Source: Colwellia polaris
GTDB taxonomy: Archaea; Nanohalarchaeota; Nanosalinia; Nanosalinales; Nanosalinaceae
Reading direction: 5' to 3'
NCBI GenBank assembly: GCA_047617785.1
Contig: JBLGBK010000006.1
Location: 1-47,983 of the forward strand
DNA: 47,983 nt
Below the pieces are notes generated by a model. The model saw only the letters and a program-made list of their open reading frames with translations. It did no database searches and was not told the DNA's origin. Below are positions 28,868 to 38,244 of this stretch, piece by piece. Made by a program: the position numbers and the translations under genes. The first letter of the stretch is position 1. Each line of letters opens with the position of its first letter.

Positions 28868-30442
28868 CTAATCTAAGTACTTAACCATGTAAGGACCTTC
28901 TCGTTTATACCCAAACTTTCGATAGTACTCGCGAGTACCTACAGCAGAAATTACAACAACTTTCTGTCTACCAACTTCCCGAGCCTTCTCCTCAGCCGCT
29001 TCCATCAAACGCTTACCGTATCCTTTATGTTGAACCTCTCCGGAACTACCAATATCTGTAGCACTACCCATAACTTTCAACTGTCGAACAATCAAAGTGT
29101 CATCATTAATTTCCTCTCTATGACTTTCTGGAGGAGCACGTAAACGAGTGAAACCAAGAATAATGTCGTTATTAACGTCTTCAAAGCTTAGGAAGAACTC
29201 CTTGCCTTCTGAAGCATCATATACTCGTTCAACAAGCTCGGGTTCCTCAGGTTCTAGATTATGTGTCCGCTTAACGTGACCTACTTCTCTGCATCTAATA
29301 CATCGGCAGCGCTCGCCTTCTGAACGTAGTTCCTGCAATGCCATCTGACGCATGTTTGTCAACTGAGGTCCTGCGTCAACCTCTGTACTTGGGATATCGC
29401 GCATAACACGCTTTACTCGTACGTGAGGAGGAATAATGTCTTTCTGAGCCTTCTTTAAACGGTCTTTAGCTTCTTCATCTGTGATTGGTTCGAAGTCACC
29501 TTCTTCGTAGCGTCTGTAAAGTTCGGTGCCTTCGATTACTTCGCAAGGATAGATCTTGATCTCGTCTGGTTGGTAGTCTGAGTTGTTGAAAACTTCTTTG
29601 AACTTCTCAATATCTTTTTCGTAGCCTTCCCCTGGTAGTCCGAGCATTAGGTGGAATGCGACCTTGAAACCTGCGTTCTTCAAACGCTTTGTCGCTTCAA
29701 TTACGGGTTCCATGCCGTGTCCTCTATTAGTTCTCTCGTGAGTTTCATCGAATACGGTTTGAACACCCATTTCTACACGTGTACCACCTAAATCTAGTAT
29801 TCTGTCGATGTGCTCGGTCTCTGCAATGTCGGGTCGTGTCTCGAAGGTTACTCCAACGTTTCTGACTTCTGCTGTCTCGTTCTGAACCTGTGCTTCTTCA
29901 AGAGAGTCTGCTTCCTCGCCGTCGCCGTAAGTATTGAACCCGTCAAATGCTTTCTTCAGAAATGCTTCCTGATAATCTGGGTCCTGGAATGGGAAAGTAC
30001 CGCCCATAATGATTAGTTTAGATTTATCGATGCTGTGGCCGTTTCTCTGATACTGTCCAAGACGATCGTGCACCTGATCGAAGGGGTCGTAGTCGTTTCT
30101 AATTGCTCTACGTGTTGCCGGCTCCTTTCCGGTATAGCTTTGTGGAGCATCTTTCCCTTTTGGACAGTAGATGCATCCGCCCCCACATGCCGCCGGGCGC
30201 GCCATGATTGCTACGTTAGCTATACCCGAGATAGTACGCATAGGCTTGGTCTTCAGTACTTTCTGAGCCTGTTTCTCGTCCTCCTCTGTGAACTGCAGTA
30301 TGTCTGCGTTCTTAGGTAGTCCTTGGAATCCGACTTCTCGACAAAGATTCTTTTTTTCCTTCTCTACGTCATCTTTGTCTTCCAGTTCTCCGGTTTCTAT
30401 ACCTTCAATTATTTCCCGTGAAATATATTCGAGGTCGGACAT
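28868..30442 (-). CDS. elp3: Elp3 tRNA uridine(34) acetyltransferase (radical SAM + GNAT)
   Basis: RTISG, CxxxCxxC (CGGGCIYC), PQSYTG, MGGTF, ETRPD, CRCIRCRE, QHKGYGKRL, ISAVGTREYY. Confidence 0.97.
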   Translation of the reverse strand: MSDLEYISREIIEGIETGELEDKDDVEKEKKNLCREVGFQGLPKNADILQFTEEDEKQAQKVLKTKPMRTISGIANVAIMARPAACGGGCIYCPKGKDAPQSYTGKEPATRRAIRNDYDPFDQVHDRLGQYQRNGHSIDKSKLIIMGGTFPFQDPDYQEAFLKKAFDGFNTYGDGEEADSLEEAQVQNETAEVRNVGVTFETRPDIAETEHIDRILDLGGTRVEMGVQTVFDETHERTNRGHGMEPVIEATKRLKNAGFKVAFHLMLGLPGEGYEKDIEKFKEVFNNSDYQPDEIKIYPCEVIEGTELYRRYEEGDFEPITDEEAKDRLKKAQKDIIPPHVRVKRVMRDIPSTEVDAGPQLTNMRQMALQELRSEGERCRCIRCREVGHVKRTHNLEPEEPELVERVYDASEGKEFFLSFEDVNNDIILGFTRLRAPPESHREEINDDTLIVRQLKVMGSATDIGSSGEVQHKGYGKRLMEAAEEKAREVGRQKVVVISAVGTREYYRKFGYKREGPYMVKYLD

Positions 30443-30511
30443 ATTTTGGCTTCAACAGTTGAATGTTGTTGAAAAGTTAAAAATAGGTTCTAGTTTCATA
30501 ATGATTTTACA

Positions 30512-31390
30512 ATGAAAACAAAGAGTATTGTTGCAGCCTTGCTTGTAATAGTGCTTGTAACATTATTTGCTCTCTCGGGAGTTGCTTTTATTTTCTCCGA
30601 CACGCAGTCTGGAGAAGCAGCAGTTATCAAGTTGAACGGTCCTATACAGCCTACACAGGCTACAGGACTCGGAGCAACATCAGGTATAACGCCTGAAAAG
30701 GTAAGAAATCTGAATAGTCAGGCAGAGAGCCGTGGAGTTGACGCAATTGTATACGAGATCAACTCAGGTGGTGGTGCAGTAGTTGCCTCGAAAGAAGTGA
30801 AACGTTCAATTGAAGACGTGGATGTGCCTACTATCTGCCGTTTCAGAGACACTGCAGCCTCTGGTGCATACCTTTTCTCTCTTGGATGTGATAAGATAGT
30901 AGCTGATTCTGCTTCTTTAACAGGGAGTATCGGCGTACGTGCTTCTTATCTTGAGTTCTCCGATCTTATGCAGGAGTATGGTATCACGTATGTTAACGTG
31001 ACTGCGGGAGCTAACAAAGAGGTAGGTTCTCGGTTCAGCGAGCCTACTGAAGAGGAGAAGAAGCAGCTTAAGCAGAGAGTAGAAATAGTGCATGAAGACT
31101 TCAAAACACAGGTACAGCAGGGAAGAAATCTTACAGATGAAGAAATTGACGAGATAGCAACCGGAGAAGTATTCCTAGGTGAGCAGGCAAAGGAACTAGG
31201 CTTAGTAGATAAGCTAGGTGGAAGAGAAACAGCTTACGAAACTGCTGAAAATGTAACAGGTAAAAATTTGAACTTTGTTTCTGTGGAAAGCAGGCAACAG
31301 TTCAATCCTTTCAGTTTACTGATAAGTTCAATTTTTCCCGACTTTAGCCTATCAAGTCAGGGATCTGTCCTCAGGGCAGAATTCCCTTAA
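30512..31390 (+). CDS. sppA: Signal peptide peptidase SppA (S49)
   Basis: INSGGG, AASGAY, TGSIGV, GEVFLGEQAKELGLVDKLG; N-terminal TM. Confidence 0.93.
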   Translation: MKTKSIVAALLVIVLVTLFALSGVAFIFSDTQSGEAAVIKLNGPIQPTQATGLGATSGITPEKVRNLNSQAESRGVDAIVYEINSGGGAVVASKEVKRSIEDVDVPTICRFRDTAASGAYLFSLGCDKIVADSASLTGSIGVRASYLEFSDLMQEYGITYVNVTAGANKEVGSRFSEPTEEEKKQLKQRVEIVHEDFKTQVQQGRNLTDEEIDEIATGEVFLGEQAKELGLVDKLGGRETAYETAENVTGKNLNFVSVESRQQFNPFSLLISSIFPDFSLSSQGSVLRAEFP

Positions 31391-32247
31391 GGCTTTTCTT
31401 TCTTATCAGGTCCTTCAGGACTTTTTGGTTCTTCTGAGTGATGCCAGAGCATCTCGAACATTGGACTGAGTGTTTCCTCTGCCATGTGAGAGCTCTTGCT
31501 CCAGAATGCTGTGTCCTGAGTTGAATGCACTTGGTCGTGTGTCATTGACATTGTAAGTGCATCGTCGTCGATTATTGAGAAGCGTCCTTCTGGTATGTCG
31601 AACTTCTCAACTTCTTCAGTACTTACGTTTCTAATTTCTGCTACGCTAGATACGTCTTCGAAGGCGTCCTGATTATCCTCTGTGTGAGGAGCCATTATTC
31701 TTACGTTTACGCCTTCTTCTTTTGCTTCCTTCAGAAGGTCGTAATGGTTGTCTCGAATATTGTTTAGTCCTTCTTCAGAAGTCATGATTTTGATGCTGTT
31801 TTCAGCTTCTTGGAACATTGTTCCCATGTGCTGATGGATCTGATGTGAGCCTTTGAGGCTTCCAGACATTTCAGCGGGGTCAACAAGTTCGACTCCTTGG
31901 TCGTAAAGGTTCTCAAGTTCGGCTACTGCTTCGGACTCCTTGAAATCGTCAAGTTTGTCCATCTTGTCTTCAAGATCGCGTTGATGCTGCTTCTTGATGT
32001 TTTCAATAGCCTGTGCGGGAGGGATAGAAACGTACTCCATTGGTTGAGAGGATTTGATCACTGCAAATCCTTTTTCAGCCAGTGACTCTAGAACGTCGTA
32101 TGCTCTGGACCGCGGAACGTTTGTCATCTCAGATAGCTCTCCTGCTGTTGATACACCTCTGCCTAGAAGTGCAGAGTAAATTTTCCTCTCATACATATTC
32201 AATCCGATGTCTTCCAGAGCGTCTAATGTTTCCTGGCTTGCGACCAT
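31387..32247 (-). CDS. TrmB-family transcriptional regulator
   Basis: GLNMYERKIYSALL..STAGELSEMTNVPRSRAYDVLESLAEKGF; PLD-like effector domain; ATG 32247 after AGGTG. Confidence 0.92.
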   Translation of the reverse strand: MVASQETLDALEDIGLNMYERKIYSALLGRGVSTAGELSEMTNVPRSRAYDVLESLAEKGFAVIKSSQPMEYVSIPPAQAIENIKKQHQRDLEDKMDKLDDFKESEAVAELENLYDQGVELVDPAEMSGSLKGSHQIHQHMGTMFQEAENSIKIMTSEEGLNNIRDNHYDLLKEAKEEGVNVRIMAPHTEDNQDAFEDVSSVAEIRNVSTEEVEKFDIPEGRFSIIDDDALTMSMTHDQVHSTQDTAFWSKSSHMAEETLSPMFEMLWHHSEEPKSPEGPDKKEKP

Positions 32248-32392
32248 TTTTGTATTACACCTTTCTAACAAATTGTTCACTAAAGGTAGTTATAAACCTT
32301 TGTCCCGGTAGTTACAGAGCTTGATTACTCTGGAGGGAATAAAAATCAACTACCTTTTTTGTTATTGTATAGTAAGTAATGCTTGTGAAGTC

Positions 32393-33034
32393 TTATAAAA
32401 CCTTTCTAATCTTCTGCTTCAGCCGGGTCAAAATGCTATCAGCCTTTTTTCCATAGATACGTTTCTCCTCTCTGATACCATCCCATTCAACACTATCGAA
32501 CACACTCCCAACTTGGCTACCATATTCATCATACGAGAAAATCTCGTTCATACCAAACTTGGTCTCAATAGGAACAGGATTATTCGTATAACCAAAACTG
32601 ACGATTGCTATCGCCTCTTTACTGCTCGGTGCGTTCAGCATCTCGCCTACATCTTGGCGGTTAAAACCTGAAAGCCAAACGCTGCTTAAATCATGCTCGG
32701 AAGCTACTACGCGCATATTCTGGACGCTGCTAGCAGCCTCTGCATTCGCGGCATGATACGCTTCATCTCCTAGATTTCTCTTCGCCCGGCTCATATCTGC
32801 AAGAACTACAACTGAGGAGGGCGCCTTCTTCACACGTTTATCATCAACAGCTCGAGATAGTGACTCCAGTTTTCCATCATCTTCTACAATAACAAACTCA
32901 AGAAGGTTCACATTTCCCGGAGAAGGAGTCTGACGGGCTGCTTCGAGAACGCGTCCTAATATCTTTCGAGGAATTACTTCGTCACGGCAGTCTCTGAAAC
33001 TGGTGATGCTTTGAACAGCTTCAAGCGAACTCAT
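32393..33034 (-). CDS. Nitroreductase-family protein
   Basis: VLEAARQTPSPGN, VQNMRVVA...LSSVWLSGF, SFGY. Confidence 0.85.
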   Translation of the reverse strand: MSSLEAVQSITSFRDCRDEVIPRKILGRVLEAARQTPSPGNVNLLEFVIVEDDGKLESLSRAVDDKRVKKAPSSVVVLADMSRAKRNLGDEAYHAANAEAASSVQNMRVVASEHDLSSVWLSGFNRQDVGEMLNAPSSKEAIAIVSFGYTNNPVPIETKFGMNEIFSYDEYGSQVGSVFDSVEWDGIREEKRIYGKKADSILTRLKQKIRKVL

Positions 33035-33098
33035 AGTTTATACTGTAGTTTGGTGGCCGTCACCGTTTAAACATTCCCCTGTTCAAATCAACGATGTA

Positions 33099-34769
33099 AT
33101 GCATTACTCTCGGATTGCTGAAGCCTTTGAACAAATGGATTCCACGCAGAAGACGCTTGAGAAGACAGATATACTTGCAGAACTGTACAGTGAATCTGGA
33201 GAAGAGCTGCCCGAGGTTGTACTTCTCACGACTGGCAACCCGTTTCCGTCCTGGAAGAATATGGATTTAGGGGTATCCAGTAAGACGCTGGTTAAAATAA
33301 TATCAAAAGCTACAGGTAGGAAAGAAAGGGAAGTAGAAAAGGAATGGAAAGAACAGGGAGACCTTGGGCTTGCCGCAGAGACAATGGTTGAGAACAAAAC
33401 ACAGCAACGTCTCATGACTCAGGAGCTCACCGTCGAGAAAGTAACTGAAAGGCTGCAGAAAGTCGCAGAGATGGGTGCGGAAGGTCTCAGCCAGTCAGTA
33501 AATCAAGACAAGAAACAGAAAGAACTCGCCGACCTGATCTCGTCAGCAGAACCTAAAGAAGCAAGATACCTGGCGCGCATAATAATAAACAACCTCAGAC
33601 TTGGAATTGGAGAAGGGACAATCCGTGATGCGCTTGCAGAAGCATTCTTCGAGGGAGATTACAAAGAAGAAATACAGCGAGCCTACGACTTCACCAATGA
33701 TTTCGCAGAAGTAGCCAAGGCATCCCAAAAAGGTATAGAAGAAGTCAAAGCTCTTGAGCTAGAGCTCTACCGACCTGTAAAATCCATGCTGGCTAAGAAG
33801 GTAGATACAATACAAGAAGGCTTCGAAGAAGTCGGCAAACCCGCAGCTATCGACTACAAATATGATGGAATGCGTGCACAGATACACGTAAAGGACGGTG
33901 AAGTAAAGTTATACACTCGTAGACTGGAAGACGTTACCGAACAGTTTCCAGACGCTGTAGAAGCTGTAGAAGAGAATATTGAAGCAGAAAACTGCATAAT
34001 TGACACCGAGCTCGTTGGATATGATCCAGAGGATGGCGGGATGATTCCGTTCCAGAAACTTTCCAAACGAATCAAGAGAAAATACGATATACAGAAATTG
34101 CAGGCGGAGATACCTGTCGCAGTTAGACCTTTTGATATAATCTATCTTGACGAACCAATCCTTGAGAAACCGTATAGCGAAAGATGGGAGAAACTGCAGG
34201 AAATAGTCAAGAAAGAAGAACAAGTTATGGAAATTGTTGATCACGTCGAGACGTCAGATGAAGAAAAGGTTGGCGAGATGCAGCAGAAATCTCTTTCGGA
34301 AGGCCACGAAGGTATAATGATGAAATCGGTGGATGCCGAATACAAGCCCGGCAATCGTGTAGGATATATGGTAAAGCTGAAGCCAGTAATGGAAACTCTA
34401 GATTTAGCAATCGTTGGAGCTAAATGGAGTGAAGGACGTAGAAGTGATTGGCTCGGAAGACTATACCTCGGCTGCTACGACGAAGAAAATGATGAATACA
34501 AGGAAGTCGGTAAAATGGCGACAGGACTTACAGATGAACAGTTTCAGGAAATTACTGAAAAACTGAAGCCCTTGATAATTAATGAAGATGGTAGAAAAGT
34601 CGATGTTAGACCGGAAGTAATTGTGGAAGCCGAATACGAGGAAATACAGGAAAGTCCAAACTACAGTTCAGGTTACGCGTTACGATTCCCGCGTATGAAA
34701 CGTTTCCGTGAAGACAAGGAAGAAGCGGATACATTAGAACGTGTTAGGGATATGTACGAATCTCAATAG
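33099..34769 (+). CDS. lig: ATP-dependent DNA ligase
   Basis: Motif I KYDGMR, DTELV, FDIIY, EGIMMK, VKLK, LRFPR. Confidence 0.97.
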   Translation: MHYSRIAEAFEQMDSTQKTLEKTDILAELYSESGEELPEVVLLTTGNPFPSWKNMDLGVSSKTLVKIISKATGRKEREVEKEWKEQGDLGLAAETMVENKTQQRLMTQELTVEKVTERLQKVAEMGAEGLSQSVNQDKKQKELADLISSAEPKEARYLARIIINNLRLGIGEGTIRDALAEAFFEGDYKEEIQRAYDFTNDFAEVAKASQKGIEEVKALELELYRPVKSMLAKKVDTIQEGFEEVGKPAAIDYKYDGMRAQIHVKDGEVKLYTRRLEDVTEQFPDAVEAVEENIEAENCIIDTELVGYDPEDGGMIPFQKLSKRIKRKYDIQKLQAEIPVAVRPFDIIYLDEPILEKPYSERWEKLQEIVKKEEQVMEIVDHVETSDEEKVGEMQQKSLSEGHEGIMMKSVDAEYKPGNRVGYMVKLKPVMETLDLAIVGAKWSEGRRSDWLGRLYLGCYDEENDEYKEVGKMATGLTDEQFQEITEKLKPLIINEDGRKVDVRPEVIVEAEYEEIQESPNYSSGYALRFPRMKRFREDKEEADTLERVRDMYESQ

Positions 34770-34820
34770 GACTGGTTTAATAGATAAATAGAAAAGAAGG
34801 AATAGGTTGTGGAGTTGTTT

Positions 34821-35216
34821 TTAGTGCTTCTGTGCTTGATGGATCTTCATTCCGCGTGAGGTGTCGAACTCTCTTCCACAGTCTGGGCAAGCAAACTTCT
34901 CGCTTTCTGTTTCTGAACTTCCTTCAACAGCTTGCTGAATATCTTCTTGTCCCTGTTCTTCTGTTTCTGAACTTGTTTCGCTCTTGCTTTCGCCAGGTTG
35001 GAACTGCTGCTGGATCTGTTGTCTCTTGCTGTTTTCTGTCTTTCTGAGTTTCCATTCGTCACTTTCCAGCCATACGATGAAAGCACCTACAAGCACTAGT
35101 AGAACTCCGATGCTGCCCTTGATAACTGTTAAGAGTTCAGCACTGAACTCTATTATTGAATAGAATCCAAGTATTACCATAAGGGCGCCGATCAGTATCT
35201 TAAATGCTGGATGCAT
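34821..35216 (-). CDS. Two-TM membrane protein with C-terminal C2H2 zinc finger
   Basis: Two hydrophobic helices; FACPDCGREFDTSRGMKIHQAQKH; ATG 35216. Confidence 0.75.
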   Translation of the reverse strand: MHPAFKILIGALMVILGFYSIIEFSAELLTVIKGSIGVLLVLVGAFIVWLESDEWKLRKTENSKRQQIQQQFQPGESKSETSSETEEQGQEDIQQAVEGSSETESEKFACPDCGREFDTSRGMKIHQAQKH

Positions 35217-35335
35217 GTTTGTATCACACAAGTGTAATAACAAAAAGTTCTTTTATGTGTTTGCCCCGCGTCCGCCTGCTAATTAACAGGGTTTATAATA
35301 ATTTCTGCATGAAAACCGTTACAGGAGAATTTAAA

Positions 35336-35911
35336 ATGAGTTATTACAAGTACGCCAAGGAGCAGTACAATCAGCCAAAGGAAAACCTTGACGAGCTCTG
35401 GCAGCAGAGACTTGTCGAGTGGCGTGAACAAGGAGCAGTAGAAAAAGTAGACAATCCAACACGGCTTCCAAAAGCACGAGAACTAGGATACAAAGCAAAG
35501 AAGGGATTCAACGTAGCACGAATCCGAATTAAGAAAGGAGCATCTAAGCGAGAACGACCAAGCGGAGGAAGAAGACCAAAGCGATACGGTCAGAACCGTT
35601 ACAGCTCCAAGAAGTCCAAGCAACTGATTGCAGAGGAAAGATCAACTAAGAAATTCGAAAATCTAGAAGTTCTTAACAGTTACTGGGTTGCAGAAGACGG
35701 AACCTACAAATGGTACGAGGTACTGCTAGTAGATCCTGAAGAACCTGAAATTCAGGCAGACGACGACATTAACTGGATAGAAGATCAGGAAGACCGAGCA
35801 CTCAGAGGCAAGACTCCACAGGGAAGAAAGTCTCGAGGACTCCGCAACCGCGGAAAAGGAGCAGAGAAGGCTCGACCTTCTGGCAATGCCAACGACGGCA
35901 AGAACAAGTAA
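35336..35911 (+). CDS. rpl15e: 50S ribosomal protein L15e
   Basis: PTRLPKARELGYKAKKG, IAEER, LEVLNSYWVAEDG; start reassigned to ATG 35336. Confidence 0.97.
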   Translation: MSYYKYAKEQYNQPKENLDELWQQRLVEWREQGAVEKVDNPTRLPKARELGYKAKKGFNVARIRIKKGASKRERPSGGRRPKRYGQNRYSSKKSKQLIAEERSTKKFENLEVLNSYWVAEDGTYKWYEVLLVDPEEPEIQADDDINWIEDQEDRALRGKTPQGRKSRGLRNRGKGAEKARPSGNANDGKNK

Positions 35912-35988
35912 ACTACGTTTTCTCTCGCTTTTCCTCCTCTATTTTTCTCCTTTACTAATATTAATTTCATTCCTACAATTATCTTAAC

Positions 35989-36537
35989 ATGTCGTATCAC
36001 GATATAGCTATACAAAATCCAGAACTCAATGAGAAACGAGAAGAGCTTGGGTGGGATTCGAAATACTCTGATGTAGAGAGAGATTTTATTTCTTCTAACG
36101 ACTGGGGGACTGTAAAACGCAAGATCAACTCAAGTAATTCTATTACGCTGCTTGAATCTCCTAGCCCTGATCTATCAGCTAAAGCTGTAAAATTAGATAA
36201 TCTAGATGCAATACTATCTCCAGAGAGCGGAAGAAAGGATCCGGGTATAAATCATGTAATAGCTAAAGCAGCTGAAAAGAATGATACTTCGGTAGTCTTA
36301 GAGTTCAAAAATCTTTTAGGGAGCCGCAAAAACAGAATGCACACTCTATCAAGCTGGCGAACAATAATACAATTGTCAGAAAAATACGGTTTTAGTTTAA
36401 TTCTTTCAACTGGCGCAGAGAAATCCAACCAGCTCAGGAATCCCAAAGATCTTGAATCTCTGCTTAAGACGCTAGAAGTCTATGATTCAAATCCTCTAAG
36501 TTCTAATCCTAAACAAATAATGGCGAGATATGTATGA
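35989..36537 (+). CDS. rnp3: RNase P protein component 3 (Rpp30)
   Basis: GINHVIAKAAEKND, LILSTGA...LRNPKDL; conserved rpl15e-rnp3-rnp2 order. Confidence 0.88.
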   Translation: MSYHDIAIQNPELNEKREELGWDSKYSDVERDFISSNDWGTVKRKINSSNSITLLESPSPDLSAKAVKLDNLDAILSPESGRKDPGINHVIAKAAEKNDTSVVLEFKNLLGSRKNRMHTLSSWRTIIQLSEKYGFSLILSTGAEKSNQLRNPKDLESLLKTLEVYDSNPLSSNPKQIMARYV

Positions 36538-36857
36538 AGCAATTACCTCCTAGTATTCAGACAGATACGCGTTACCTCAAGTTTCGTATACATATAGAGG
36601 ACAATCCTGGTTTCTCAAAGGTGGTTGATGCTGTATGGGATGTACTTCTTGATGAGGTAGGTTCTATAGAATTGAGTAGGGCAGAGCCGTGGATTATAAA
36701 AAATAAGTATGATGGCGATAATCTACAGGGCGTAATAAGGGTTAATAGGGAAATGGAGGATAAAATAAGGTCTGCGTTACTTTTCCTAGATAGTATAGGG
36801 CAAAAAGACGCTTTTATAGAAATAAATAAGACTTCTGGCGCCATAGGCGGCCTTTAA
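36534..36857 (+). CDS. rnp2: RNase P protein component 2 (Pop5/Rpp14)
   Basis: MKQLPPS...RYLKF, GVIRV, TSGAI. Confidence 0.9.
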   Translation: MKQLPPSIQTDTRYLKFRIHIEDNPGFSKVVDAVWDVLLDEVGSIELSRAEPWIIKNKYDGDNLQGVIRVNREMEDKIRSALLFLDSIGQKDAFIEINKTSGAIGGL

Positions 36858-37144
36858 CCAGAGTCTTTCTCTTCGCTTGAAATAGCTGCTAATCCTTCTT
36901 TGAAATCTTCTGATAGCTCAACTAGGCCGTTGTATGCAACTCCAAATATGCCTGGTAATTGAAATCCTCTCTTGATCTCTTTATCTTCAACAGGGTCTTC
37001 TCCTGTAATATTATTCTGATCTTGGTTGTTAAGTGGGCTCTCTGATGCGTAGGTAAGCAGAAACACCAGTACTATGCACAGCATAGCCATCAACCAGGTC
37101 AACAGTATAAACTGTCGCTGCTTGGAGTTCATTCCTCTAAACAT
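36854..37144 (-). CDS. Small membrane hypothetical protein
   Basis: N-terminal TM helix with acidic tail. Confidence 0.55.
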   Translation of the reverse strand: MFRGMNSKQRQFILLTWLMAMLCIVLVFLLTYASESPLNNQDQNNITGEDPVEDKEIKRGFQLPGIFGVAYNGLVELSEDFKEGLAAISSEEKDSG

Positions 37145-37212
37145 CAAATACCGGTGATTGCTTTTAACAGCTCACTTGCCTCAAAAAATAGGAGGGTTAA
37201 TAAAGCATCCCC

Positions 37213-37255
37213 TTTTAAAAGAGTTCCTTTATAAATCAGTTATAAAGTATATAAA
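37213..37255. promoter_or_regulatory. Cluster of four TATA-like boxes upstream of tbp
   Basis: TTTTAAAA 37213, TTTATAAA 37228, TTATAAA 37240, TATATAAA 37248. Confidence 0.55.
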
Positions 37256-37307
37256 CGGTTTATCTGTTTGACCCGGAAAAACAGAACCTCAAGGTGAAAT
37301 ACAAAAA

Positions 37308-37853
37308 ATGGACGAAGATAACATCGACATACAGAACGTAGTTGCCTCCGCAACTTTCGACCGACGACTCCCTCTCGACAGAATCGCAATTTACCTAGAA
37401 AATACAGAATACGAGCCTGAACAGTTCCCTGGACTTGTATACAGATTGAAGGAACCAAAGGCCGCAGCACTGTTATTCGGCTCAGGTAAAATTGTCTGCA
37501 CAGGAACAAAATCTCCTGAACAAGCAAAAGAAGCTACTCACAAGATCATCGACGAACTAAGAGAAGCAGACGTCGAGATCGGAAATAAGCCAGAGATCAC
37601 AGTGCAGAATATCGTAGCATCCAGCCAGCTAGACGGCACACTCAATCTCAACCGTATCGCATTCGAACTAGTTGGAACAGAGTACGAGCCTGAACAGTTC
37701 CCTGGACTTGTATACCGGCTTGACGAACCAGAAGTAGTATTCCTGCTGTTCTCATCCGGAAATCTAGTATGTACAGGCGGAAGAACGTACGAAGATGTCA
37801 AAGAAGGGATACAGAAGCTAGAAGAGAACCTTGAAGAAATAGGAGCGCTTTAA
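37308..37853 (+). CDS. tbp: TATA-box-binding protein
   Basis: Two repeats of QNxVAS...EYEPEQFPGLVYR...LLFxSGxxVCTG. Confidence 0.99.
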   Translation: MDEDNIDIQNVVASATFDRRLPLDRIAIYLENTEYEPEQFPGLVYRLKEPKAAALLFGSGKIVCTGTKSPEQAKEATHKIIDELREADVEIGNKPEITVQNIVASSQLDGTLNLNRIAFELVGTEYEPEQFPGLVYRLDEPEVVFLLFSSGNLVCTGGRTYEDVKEGIQKLEENLEEIGAL

Positions 37854-37908
37854 GCTTCCTCTCTTCACTTCTTTTCTCCTTTATTCTTGGTTATTCTTGT
37901 TTAGTATG

Positions 37909-38193
37909 CTATCTTAGAATTTTCTCGATTTCCTCAGCCATATCCAAATCTTTCTCAGTTATGCCGTTCTCTTCATGACTCCATAAATCAATTTCTACAG
38001 CGCCATATTCTACAACCACCTTTGGATGATGGTTTTCGTTCTCTGCAAGAGAAAACACGTTGTTCGCAAATACAACACATTCGCTATAATCCTGGAACTC
38101 AACTCTGGTCGCCAGTTTACCTTCTTCTAGTCCCCAGATTTTCATTTCATCTAGCTTCTGCTTCAACTGCTGATCGGTTACTTTATCTGCCAT
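37909..38193 (-). CDS. Pterin-4-alpha-carbinolamine dehydratase (PCD/PhhB)
   Basis: AENENHHP...LWSHEENGITEKDLDMA. Confidence 0.9.
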   Translation of the reverse strand: MADKVTDQQLKQKLDEMKIWGLEEGKLATRVEFQDYSECVVFANNVFSLAENENHHPKVVVEYGAVEIDLWSHEENGITEKDLDMAEEIEKILR

Positions 38194-38244
38194 AACTACA
38201 CTCTATGTTAACACTTTTTCACTTTTACCGAACAAACATGATAC

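Noticed and set aside
35336-36857. rpl15e-rnp3-rnp2 and mcm-aIF2beta clustering as novelty
   Set aside because: These are well-known conserved archaeal gene neighbourhoods.
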